DNA from: Ranitomeya imitator | Lineage: Eukaryota | NCBI RefSeq assembly: GCF_032444005.1 | Contig: NC_091289.1 | Span: 6,138,001-6,202,000 of the forward strand | Direction of reading: 5' to 3' | DNA: 64,000 nucleotides | Shown: piece after piece, positions 33,974-44,648 of the stretch | Position numbering within the stretch: position 1 is the stretch's first letter | Layout of the letters: the number at the start of each line of letters is the position of its first letter | Program-made: the position numbers and the translations under genes | Notes under the pieces: generated by a model | What the model was told of the DNA's origin: nothing | What the model saw: the letters and a program-made list of their open reading frames with translations, nothing else | The model's database searches: none

Positions 33974-35366
33974 TGTAACGACTTCACCTCTCAGTGCTGA
34001 GCTCTGTGCAGTGATTGACAGCTCAGTTCTTCAGTCTGGTGCAGGGGCTTGCTGAGCTCTCTGTGCGATGATTGACAGCTCATATGTTCAGTCTGGTGCA
34101 GGGGTGGGCTGAGCTTTCTGTCCAGTGATTGACAGCTCAGTTGTTTAGTCTGGTGCACGGGTGTGCTGAGCTCTCTGTGCGGTGATTGACAGCTCTGTTG
34201 TTCAGTCTGGTGCAGGGATGTTTTGAGCTCTCTGTGCAGTGATTGACAGTTTAGTTGTGCTGTCTGGTGCAGGGGCGTGCTGAGTTCTCTGTGCAGTGAT
34301 TGACAGCTCAGTTGTTCAGTCTGGTGCAGGGATATTTTGAGCTCACTGTGTAGTGATTGATAGTTCAGTTTTTCAGTCTGGTACAGGGGTGTGCTGAGCT
34401 TTCTGTGCAGTGATTGATAGATCAGTCCAGTCTGGTGCATGGGTGTGCTGAGCTTTCTGTGCAGTGATTGCTAGATCAGTCAAGTCTGGTGCAGGGGTGT
34501 GCTGAGCTCTCAGTGCAGTGATTGACAGCTCAGTAGTCCAGTCTGGTGCAGGGGCTTGCTGAGCTCTCTGTGCGGTGTTTGACAGCTCATTTGTTCAGTC
34601 TGGTGCAGGGGTGTGCTGAGGTGTCTGTGCAGTGATTGACAGATCAGTTGTTCTGTCTGGTGCAGGGGTGTGCTGAGCTCTCTGTGCAGTGATTGACAGA
34701 TCAGTTGTTCAGTCTGGTGCAGGAGTGTGCTGAGCTCTCTGTGTAGTGATTGACAGATTAGTTGTTCTGTCTGGTGCAGGAGTGTGCTGATCTCTCTGTG
34801 CAGTGATTGACAGATCAGTTGTTCTGTCTGGTGCAGGAGCGTGCTCAGCTCTCTGTGCAGTGATTGACATATCATTTGTTCAATCTGGTGCAGGAGTGTG
34901 CTGAGCTCTCTGTGCAGTGATTGACAGATCAGTTGTGCAGTCTGGTGCAGGGGTGTGCTGAGCTGTCTGTGTTTTTGCTGACAGCTCGGATGTCCAATCT
35001 GAGACTGGGAGGTGCTGAGCTCTTGTTAAGGGCTCCTGATTCCCTTCATTGCTCAGCTATTTAACTGAGCTGGCAGTCCCAGAAAGCTGTCAGTCATAGC
35101 TTCAGCCAAGTGTGGTTTGTTACACTGTGCCTTGTATCTTTCTTGTTTATGTATCACTGCCTGACCTTGGAGCTCGTTCTGACCATCCGTCTATTTAACC
35201 CCTTTGCTCTGATTCTCTATCCTCCTGGTATTTTGACCTCAGACCATTACCTGACTACAACTCTGTCTCTTCCCTCTGTTTATGATGTACCCTCCTGGCT
35301 ATTGACCTCGGACTCCTTTATTATCTTGACTATCGGCTTGTCGGTGAGAAGAGACTGAGCGTTACA
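33974..35366 (+). mobile_element. Complete family B solo LTR (1393 bp), 5-bp TSD TCACC, with about 17 units of the 57-bp repeat in U3
   Basis: TGTAACG...CGTTACA inverted termini, with tcacc at 33969-33973 and 35367-35371. TATA-like CTATTTAA near 35057 follows the repeats. The flanks rejoin into a T2-MITE-like sequence (aagttatcacc|tatgcac...gatcagtgggg). Confidence 0.9.
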
Positions 35367-37319
35367 TCACCTATGCACTTAACTTATTGATCAGTGGGGA
35401 TCTGACCACTCGGACCCCCACTGATCAGCAGTGCACATGAGCGACCTGCAATCCATTGTTTCTCTGTGAGGCTGCTGAGTGCTGAGGGTTTTGCCTAACA
35501 TTTTTGCAAAACCCTGTATATGTATATATTGTATGAGATCACATCATGTCAACCTGTAATTCACAAGCTGTAAGAAAAGTTCAATAATTCGGACCTCCCT
35601 GCCTCCATATTGATGCCACCATCTACCTGAAGTCTTCCAGCCATAATCGCTGAGGTCATCACGTCTTAAGTCTAGTAAGTTAAGTGACAACTCCCGTGGG
35701 AGCGTGTTGTGAATTCTGCTTTTGGGCTCCCTCTGGTGGTTGTAGATGGTAATGCAGTTGTCCCTGGGCTGCAGTCTTGGACAGGTGTATCTGCTAATTG
35801 CAGTTCTGACTGGGGTATTTAGGTTTGCAGGACTCATTAGTCCTTGCCAGTTGTCAATGTTTTTTTGGGATGTGATGGATCTCTGGCTTCTCCTGCTTGG
35901 CTGCCATTTCAGCAAAGATAAGTGTCTGTTTCTTTTTCTATGGCACACAGGCTGTGTGCTTGTTATTTGATTGTATTCCTGCTCTGAATGTTGGATTCTC
36001 TTGAGTTGCAGATATACGTTCCACGTCTTTAGTTAGATGGAGGAATTTTTTGTATAATCTGCTGTGGATATTTTTTGAAGGGTTGTAACGTTTTTTGAAT
36101 TGCTTGTATGCTTTTAGCTTGAGGAATACGAGTGTATAGGTTTACTACATCTATTGATGTCAGGGCAAAAGTACTTTGCCAATCTATATCCTTTAGGGCC
36201 AGAACCAAATCTCCGGAGTCTTTGATGTATGAGGGAATTGATGGTAACAATGGTTTTAAAAGCCAGTCTATATAATGGGATAATGATTCTGTAACTGAGT
36301 TTATCCCAGAAATAATGGTGCGTCCGGGAGGTTCTTTTAAACACTTGTGCACTTTTGGAATGCTATACCAGTGGGGATATTGCGGAAATTCTGGTAATAA
36401 ACTCTCTGCTCGTTTTTTTGAGAGGACTTCTTTTTCAACATGTTTTCTTAACAGGGATCTTAATTTTATTTTGTATTTTTGGGTGGGATTATCTGGTAAA
36501 AGGCAATAAGTAACAGAATCATTTAGTTGTGACAGAGCTTCTTTGATGTAATAATCTCTATCTAGCACAACAATATTGCCTCCTTTATCGGCCCTTCTTA
36601 TCACTATGTCATCCCATTTTTTTAGATCTTTTAATGCTACCAATTCTTTATTATCTAAATTTTTACGGGGTGTCTCATACAAAATTGCTTCCACGTCTTT
36701 GATCACTAGGTCTTGAAAAAGATCTATAACGTTCCCTAGTGAAATAGGTGGCATAAAACGTGAGGGGGTGCCTCCTCTAAATTATTTTTTTCTGGGAAAT
36801 AGGGGCATTCTCTGTGCTCATAGAAGGTGTCGACTCAGGATCGCTAATACTCAGTAATAGTGCCGCATCAGCGTTATCTGACGTTTGATGGGGGGGGATA
36901 CACCATAAAGCCTAAAGAACCTATGTCATTTTCTATAGAGGTTGAAGAGCTGTGTAAATAAGGTTATTTCTCTTTTAGAAAATATTTTTGCAAGTGAAGT
37001 TTTCTTATACTTTTATAGAGATCTATTTTAAAGTCCGTTAAATCGAATATTTCTGGAAGGCAATAATTAAGTCCCTTAGAAAGGAGTGAGATGTGATCTG
37101 CACTTAATGTTCTTGAGATAATCACCAAGGTTTTTAAAAAGCCCACAGCAACAAATAACCTGCTTCATTTTAATAGTGCTCATCCGATGCATACAAAGAG
37201 GGGATTACCATTTAGTCAAATGGTTCGCTTACGGAAAATAAATAATGATAACATAATTTTTAAAAAAACAAATCAGTGAATTAAAATCACGTTTCGGAAA
37301 TCGAGGTTATCCATCAGAA

Positions 37320-38087
37320 GTGTTAAAAGAGGCTGAAAATCGCATTAGTAATTTCTCTCAAACTGACTTTCTGAAAAGGAAACAAAAATGTCCGTCGGAA
37401 TTATCCCAAAAAGAAAACACCAACAGAGAGAGATTTTCTTTTTGTTTTAAACATAGTAACCTCGACAACACTATACATGCCGCTATACGGAAAAACTGGC
37501 ACGTGTTGCAGACTGACAAAGTTCTTGCACATATTCACGGTAATGCTCCCAACTTTGCATATAGACGCACACATAATTTATCAGATATACTAGTACATAA
37601 CAGAATTTCCGCACCTAAAGAAAATTGGTTGATGAGTAGCATTCCAGCAGGAAATCACAAATGCGGTAACTGTAAATTTTGTAATTTTCTCATTACCAAT
37701 AATCCTATCCGTATTGGTCCGCTAGTCCATAGAGTCCGAGATTTTATTTACTGTAAAAGTAAATTTGTAGTTTACATCTTGTTCTGCCCCTGTTTTTACT
37801 TTTATATTGGTAAAACTATTAGACCACTCATTACGAGATTCAAAGAACATTATAATTCAATTAAAACAGGCAAAGGTTGCTTAAGGTTAATTCAGCACAT
37901 GAAGGAGAAACATAAATCTAATCCTGACCTGTTAAAATTCGCTGGTTTAGAGATCGTAAAACTTCTCCCGCAAGGTGGAGACCAGAATAAATTATTACTA
38001 CAAAAAGAAGCCAGATGGATTCTGAATTCCAATGCGCAAGGTCCGATAGGGCTTAACGACAGGTTAGACATGTCGGTCTTCCTATAA
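37320..38087 (+). pseudogene. PLE ORF C-terminus (Zn-finger-like linker plus GIY-YIG endonuclease), truncated
   Basis: CCHH-like linker and VVY...YIGKT..RFKEH motif. It is detached from the RT core. Confidence 0.85.
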
Positions 38088-38311
38088 AAGTTTATAATAC
38101 ACTGGTATGTTTAAAGAGTTAAAAAGTCTAGAGTTTTATAAAAACTTAAAGTAACAAAGGGTCTATATTTGCATATATTGCTAGTCTACATAGAAGAGTC
38201 GATTACTTGTTAATATTTATGTATTTATTCACTGTCACTTTTTTGTATATTGCATTTTCACGTGCGTCTAAAACCCCTTTAAAGGGAAATGACGTCTTGT
38301 AATCATTCACC

Positions 38312-38354
38312 TGGACCCGTTGAAGCACATTCAGTGCGAAACGGCCGTCGTCCA
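38312..38354 (+). ncRNA. Minimal type I hammerhead ribozyme motif, variant core CCGUUGA
   Basis: UGGAC-CCGUUGA-A-GCAC(AUUCA)GUGC-GAA-AC(GGCC)GU-C-GUCCA, in the PLE pseudo-LTR upstream of AATAAA at 38428. Confidence 0.78.
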
Positions 38355-38624
38355 CGCTCCATCACTGCACCCTCCTGTAAAACCTGCTGCCTAGCTGGAT
38401 GTATGATCTACCGTAAAGCCATGTTTCAATAAAGAACACGTTCACACAGCAACAACGGGGTGAGTGCCGCAGTTTTCTTTGTTCTCGGATATGTACTCAG
38501 CTTCATGCTTTTCTGCCAGAGCACCTTATGCCCATAAGCTGTTTGTGACAATCGCTTTCAGTGAGTTCTAGTCCAAAGGAGTACACATTGCTCTAGTGCC
38601 GTCCCTTTCTTATCTTTCTTTGCA

Positions 38625-40062
38625 TCTAAGAACATTAAGGCTGATGCCCTCTCTAGGAGTTTTTTTTGCCTGATTCTCCTGAGGTCTTGGAACCAGTCGG
38701 TATTCTGAAAGAAGGGGTGGTCCTTTCTGCCATTTCCCCTGATTTACGACGTGTTCTTCAAGAATTTCAGGCTGATAAACCTGACCGCTGTCCTGTGGGG
38801 AAATTGTTTGTTCCTGACAGATGGACTAGTAGAGTGATTTCTGAGGTTCATTGTTCAGTGTTGGCTGGTCATCCTGGCATTTTTGGTACCAGAGACTTGG
38901 TTGGTAGGTCCTTTTGGTGGCCTTCTTTGTCGCGTGATGTGCGTTCTTTTGTACAGTCCTGTGGGACTTGTGCGCGGGCCAAGCCTTTTTGTTCCCGTGC
39001 TAGTGGGTCGCTTTTGCCATTACCGGTCCCCGAGAGGCCCTGGACGCATATTTCTATGGATTTTATTTCCGATCTTCCGGTTTCCCAGAGGATGTCGGTT
39101 ATCTGGGTTGTTTGTGACAGGTTCTCTAAGATGGTTCATTTGGTGCCTTTGCCTAAATTGCCTTCCTCTTACGGATTTGGTTCCATTGTTTTTTCAGCAT
39201 GTAGTTCGTTTGCATGGCATTCCGGAGAATATTGTGTCTGACAGAGGTTCCCAGTTTGTTTCTAGGTTTTGGCGGGCCTTTTGTGCTAGGCTGGGCATTG
39301 ATTTGTCTTTTTCTTCTGCGTTTCATCCTCAGACAAATGGTCAGACCGAGCGAACTAATCAGACTTTGGAGACCTATTTGAGATGCTTTGTGTCTGCTGA
39401 TCAGGATGATTGGGTGGCTTTCTTGCCATTGGCCGAGTTTGCCCTTAATAATTGTGCTAGTTCGGCTACCTTGGTTTCGCCTTTCTTTTGTAATTTTGGT
39501 TTTCATCCTCGTTTTTCTTCTGGGCAGGTTGAGCCTTCTGACTGTCCTGGTGAGGCTCAACGTTTTGCTAACCGTTGTCGGTGTGTTGGTCCCCGGCTTC
39601 ATGTGGGGGATTTGGTTTGGTTGTCTTCCCGTCATGTTCCTATGAAGGTTTCTTCTCCTAAGTTTAAGCCTCGGTTTATTGGTCCTTATAGGATTTCTGA
39701 GATTATTAATCCGGTGTCTTTTCGACTGGCGCTTCCTGCCTCTTTTGCTATCCATAATGTCTTCCATAGATCTTTATTGCGGAAATATGTGGAGCCCGTT
39801 GTTCCCTCTGTTGATCCTCCGGCCCCTGTGTTGGTTGATGGGGAGTTGGAATATCTTGTTGAGAAGATTTTGGATTCCCGTTTTTCGAGGCGGAAGCTTC
39901 AGTACCTTTTCAAATGGAAGGGTTATGGCCAGGAGGATAATTCTTGGGTTTTTGCCTCTGATGTCCATGCTGCTGATTTGGTTCGTGCTTTTCATCTGGC
40001 TCATCCTGATCGACCTGGGGGCTCTGGTGAGGGTTCGGTGACCCCTCCTCAAGGGGGGGTAC
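38625..40062 (+). pseudogene. Gypsy pol C-terminus: end of RNase H, integrase, chromodomain; frameshifted and internally deleted
   Basis: KNIKADALSR; HCSVLAGHPG...CGTC zinc finger; ISMDFI...SDRGSQF...NGQTERTNQ core; EYLVEKILDSR...WKGYGQEDNSW chromodomain. Frameshift near 39170. Confidence 0.92.
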
Positions 40063-40860
40063 TGTTGTGAATTCTGCTTTTGGGCTCCCTCTGGTGGTTA
40101 GAGATGGTAATGCAGTTGTCCCTGGGCTGCAGTCTTGGACAGGTGTATCTGCTAATTGCAGTTCTGACTGGGGTATTTAGGTTTGCAGGACTCATTAGTC
40201 CTTGCCAGTTGTCAATGTTTTTTTGGGATGTGATGGATCTCTGTCTGGCTTCTCCTGCTTGGCTGCCATTTCAGCAAAGATAAGTGTCTGTTTCTTTTTC
40301 TATGGCACACAGGCTGTGTGCTAGTTTTTTGATTGTATTCCTGCTCTGAATGTAGGATTCTCTTGAGTTGCAGATATACGTTCCACGTCTTTAGTTAGAT
40401 GGAGGAATTTTTTGTATAATCTGCTGTGGATATTTTTTGAAGGGTTTTAATACTGACCACACAGAACTCTGTCCTATCCTTTCCTATTTTAGCTAGTGTG
40501 GCCTCTTGTGCTAAATCCTGTTTTTCTGCCTGTGTATGTTTTTCCTCTCCTACTCACCGCCAATATTTGTGGGGGGCTGCCTATCTTTGGGGTTCTGCTC
40601 TGAGGCAAGATAGTATTCCTATTTCCATCTTTAGGGGTATTTAGTCCTCCGGCTGTGACGAGGTGTCTAGGTTGTTAGGTACACCCCACGGCTACTTCTA
40701 GTTGCACTGTTAAGATCAGGATTTGCGGTCAGTATAGTTACCACCTACTCCAGTGAAAGTTTTCATGCTGCTCCAAGGTCACCGGATCATAACAGGAGTG
40801 GTTGTTTCTGCCATGATGGTTGTCACTGACTCCCAGGTTGTGCTGGAAATTGGACTACAA

Positions 40861-41735
40861 TTAGGTGGAGCTCCTGCATAAAGCTTCTTTATAGTCAGTT
40901 CTGGGGTGAGCCTTTATGCACAGGAGACACAATTAACTATCAAATGCTGGGGTTCACTTAGTTATGTAAATGTTCAGTAGTTTGAGCATTGTGACTGTTA
41001 CACAAATTCTAATTTGAGACCTTTTAACTCGGAGCTAAACCGACAAACTCCAAAACTCCAGGATGAACCCCAAGCACAATCTTTCCTGTGCCCTCCCCAG
41101 CCATCACCTGCATGTTTATCAGGATCCTGTCAGCACCGGCAAACTGCCACTGCTGAGGATTGTGACTCACCCACACTGCGGGAGAGCCCGGGGTCAGATG
41201 CTGCGGGGAAAGCTCAGGCAGATGGGACCTGAGCAGCGTGGTGAAAGGAGACACTGAGGATAGAAAACAGTAGGACCTGCGATCATGTGACCACAGGAGG
41301 CGGGGCTTAGGGTCCTGCTGCTGGAGATGAGGGTAGGATACTGCAAGGACCATGGAGTAAAGGAGAGGGGAACTCAGGTCGGACAAGCGGGGGTCATACA
41401 CAGAGAGGGCGGCGCGGGAAAGGAGGGGCGATCAGAGAATAGTCAGAACGTAGGCAAGGAGTCATACACAGAGATAGCAGCGCAGTACAGGAGGGACAGG
41501 CGGAAGTCTTAATGGGGACAGAACCAGATCAGAACCAGACAAACATAAAGTAGCACAGGCACAAAGCACTGGCTCAGGTGCAACAGGGTCACACACACTC
41601 GCCCAATGGTCAGAGTATAAGTGACAAGGAATGAGCCCACAATGAGGCTATAAGAAGCCTCCGAGAATCCCATAGTGAGGCCGTCAAGATTAACCTCTGA
41701 ACTACCTAATCCCACAAACTAAGCAGATCATGACA
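40861..41735. mobile_element. LTR-like remnant ending TCATGACA; duplicated at 55208-56082
   Basis: TG..CA-type terminus interrupts the 5' LTR of the dead element. The other end is not established. Confidence 0.45.
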
Positions 41736-43172
41736 CAGCAATATCGGTAACATGCGGCCTGCACGGGTGTAGCGACCTCACAGCACAGGTCCACATGCCC
41801 AGTCAGGACCCTCACGTTAATGTAACATTCCAGGTGCTATAGATGATCATTCGGCACACGATTACGGCTGCGCACCACCTTAGAATAGGCTTAGTCGTTA
41901 GGATTGAGCTTTGCAGCTGCAAGAGCAGAGAAATGTGGGGAAGATTCTAGTTGTGTGGAGGATAACGATCGTTACTCAGTCTAAGATGGCACTAAACACG
42001 GACTCTGTAAAAGGGGTTAGTGGCACAGGAAAACAACAAGGTTCGGCCCATCCTCTCAAAGGAAGAGCAAAGGGACACAAAGTGGTGCCCAACCCTTTAG
42101 AGGTTACACCTATCAGAGGAAGAACTGCAACTGGAATGGCCGGCCGATAGTGAGGAGTGGCCATTGTAGCAGAACAGAGTGGAAGGAAAAGGCCCACCTA
42201 GTAAGGTATGACTCACGAGAACGGGCAGAGGAGTTAGAGAAATGGGATAATGAGCCAGAGAAAACTCCAATGAGCAAAAGGTGGAGCCGTGATGGGTCTC
42301 AAGTGGCGGAAGAAATGGGGCTATTTGTTGGTTGTGAGTCAGGGAAGAAGCAGTGAGGTATGATGGAGGAGTGGGAGTTATTGTTGATCAAGGGAGGTCT
42401 GGCACAGAGTGAGCCAGTCGATTAGAGGATCGGATGTGGACGGTTGCACCAACTGATGGCGATGGTGGTGGTAGAGGAGTGGCTAGGTTGCCTGATGAAG
42501 GAGGCGGAGGCTGGGCATAAGCAAGATTCATGGCCCATGGATTGGTCAAGTACCTGGAGGCCTTTTGAGCCCAGACGTCAGTGGGTTCCCCTCCAACCCT
42601 GGAAGTAGTTCCCAGCCCTGGACGAGTAACCCCTGCCACTACGGTGCAGTGGATAACCAGCATCATTCGGGACAACATGTGGGGCCTGCTGGCTGGTCAT
42701 GGAAGTGATGACCTGGTGCGGGCCCCATGAGGGTCCTCGTTAGTCAGCTGGGAACTGACAGTTACTGTGAAGAGCCATAGTGTTACACCTTGACTCTTAT
42801 GGCCCACACAGAGGAAAACAGAAGCCCCCAAGATTGTGCGCTGGTAGAGTAGTGTTACCATGGAAGGTAGAATGTTTCCAGAACAGAAGGAGATGTGTGT
42901 GATGATTTCACTTGTTTATAAAGAAGCGCCTGTGAAGATAAATGCTGACTATTCTATTCAGTAAAAAGAAGTTTATTTTTTTGTGGTGGTTTCCCTCATT
43001 GAACTGTCCAGTACCTGGACCTGGCAAACCAGCAACATCGGTAACATGCGGCCTGCACGGGCGTAGGGCCCTCACAGCACAAGTCCACACACCCAGCCAT
43101 GACCTCCACATTCAGGTAACGTGCCGGGGTGCTTTAGATGAGTACCCGGCCCACGGATCCCATCACATTACA
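41736..43172 (+). mobile_element. Uninterrupted copy of the deleted LTR retrotransposon 3' of OR4
   Basis: Partial 5' LTR from 41736, degenerate PBS AGGCTTAGTCGTTAGGAT at 41887-41904, purine tract, and 3' LTR 42894-43172 ending ACATTACA. Confidence 0.6.
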
Positions 43173-43315
43173 CTCATATACTCTCGAAACCCTCCATTTT
43201 GTATCCCAAGGACTTAGTTTTGAAATGTATTTACAGACTTTTCTTGACTATAGAGTGTGTCTATGATAAATCTTCGGCAGGAAACATCTGCATATCCTCA
43301 TGTCGCTGCCTGGCA

Positions 43316-44236
43316 TCAGTCCACATGTACAGCTCTCCATAGCGCCGCCTTCAGGTCTCTGCTCCGTAGGCTGTAGATTAGGGGGTTCACTAAGGGGGTG
43401 ATTAGTGTATATATCACAGTGACCACTCGGTTCAATGTAAGAAGATTACTCGTGTTAGGGACAAAGTAGATGAAAGTTACCGATGCATAAAAAATAAAAA
43501 CCACAGTCAGATGAGACGTACAGGTGGAGAAAGCTTTACGTTTTCCTTCACTGGTGCGAATCATAATCACTGTCCTAAATATTCTAACATAGGAGTAAAA
43601 TGTGGCACCAAAAGCTATGACGCCAAGAAAAGAGCCTACAACTATTAGGACTAGGACATTGATGGAAATATCAGTACAAGAGATCTGGAGCAAATTGGGC
43701 AGATCACAAATGAAATTCTGGATCAAGTTGGGACCACAGAACGTCAACCTTATTAAACATAAAGTATAGAGCATCGGGGCAAGGAAACCAGACGACCAAC
43801 TCAAAGATACTATCTGAGTGCACTTACTCCAGGACATGACCTGGGAGTAATGGAGGGGATGACAGATGGCAACATAACGGTCGTAAGACATGGAGGACAA
43901 CAAGAAAGCCTCAGAGCACCCGAAATAGATGACAAAGAACACTTGTGATATACAGTCTGGGAGGGAGATGGACCAATGTTGGGTGGTGAGGCCAAAGAGC
44001 ATCCTCGGAGCAGTCACTGATGAGTAGGACATGTCCAAGAATGCCAAGTTTCCAAGAAAGAAATACATGGGTGTGTGAAGATGAGGGTAAGTAGCTACTA
44101 GGAGGATGATGAGAACATTGGTGAAGACGGTCATCAGGTAGATGAGGAGAAAGACGGTGAAGAGGACATGGATGATGCTCTGATTATCGGACAGACTCAG
44201 GAGCAGAACACTGGTGATCAATGTATGGTTCTTCAT
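43316..44236 (-). CDS. Olfactory receptor, class II (OR4), intact 306 aa
   Basis: All OR motifs are present, with an NHT glycosylation site. Confidence 0.96.
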   Translation of the reverse strand: MKNHTLITSVLLLSLSDNQSIIHVLFTVFLLIYLMTVFTNVLIILLVATYPHLHTPMYFFLGNLAFLDMSYSSVTAPRMLFGLTTQHWSISLPDCISQVFFVIYFGCSEAFLLSSMSYDRYVAICHPLHYSQVMSWSKCTQIVSLSWSSGFLAPMLYTLCLIRLTFCGPNLIQNFICDLPNLLQISCTDISINVLVLIVVGSFLGVIAFGATFYSYVRIFRTVIMIRTSEGKRKAFSTCTSHLTVVFIFYASVTFIYFVPNTSNLLTLNRVVTVIYTLITPLVNPLIYSLRSRDLKAALWRAVHVD

Positions 44237-44386
44237 CTCTCCGCTGTGATTCTTACAAAATATTTTATTATCTTTGATGACAACAAAGAAATATTAAGAG
44301 AATTTGATGGAATCTATGAACCCAGTGGGTGAACATATCGGCTCAGATATAATATTGCTGATAGGAATTGCTAACGGCGTCCTTCA

Positions 44387-44460
44387 TTTTATAACTCTTT
44401 GGTTCTCCCAGGAGCTGAAGCCACAGAAGCCCAAAGCTCAGCTCCACACATCCATAATTA
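44387..44460 (-). promoter_or_regulatory. Candidate OR4 promoter (HD, O/E, TATA)
   Basis: TAATTA at 44455-44460, TCCCAGGAG at 44406-44414, minus-strand TATAAAA at 44393-44387. Confidence 0.4.
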
Positions 44461-44648
44461 ATGTACGGGGTCTCATGACGCTCATTGTGCTTGTTTACTG
44501 TGCCGGATTTTGCAGTTTAATTTTAACCAATGATAATCCACAAGGCACATTTTTGTGGCAAACATCATTCGATATCGGGCTACTCTGTATCTCTCAGGTG
44601 TATTCCAGTGTTTCTTAAATGTTTTACCGCTTAAAACAAGTTATCACC

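Larger units (their letters stand above)
36086..38624. mobile_element. Penelope-like element with 5' inversion (RT N-terminal part on minus, 37140-36086; thumb, GIY-YIG and pseudo-LTR on plus, 37131-38624)
   Basis: Minus strand: RADKGGNIVVL, YSIPKVHK, PPGRTIISG, SYIKDSG, IDVVNLYT. Plus strand: KKPTATNNLLHFNSAHP, CGNCKFC, VVYILFCPCFYFYIGKT, RFKEH. Confidence 0.93.
35705..40794 (+). mobile_element. Chromodomain-bearing Gypsy (chromovirus) element, interior largely replaced by a PLE
   Basis: Partial 5' LTR 35705-36085 matches the 3' LTR 40063-40794 (TGTTGTGA...TCATAACA). PPT AAGGGGGGGT precedes 40063. Flanks are GGAGCG/GGAGTG. Confidence 0.93.

Noticed and set aside
35547-41735. A single LTR from TGTCAACC (35547) to TCATGACA (41735), split by the Gypsy, with TSD CATCA/CAGCA
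   Set aside because: The flanks mismatch, and the left flank does not continue the host sequence expected from the right flank, so the pairing is unsupported.
42942-43217. ORF FIFLWW...VTCGLHG... open in four copies
   Set aside because: It lies within the LTR of the dead element and then runs into OR 3' flank. Substitutions are mostly non-synonymous, and the copy at 41736 is disrupted.
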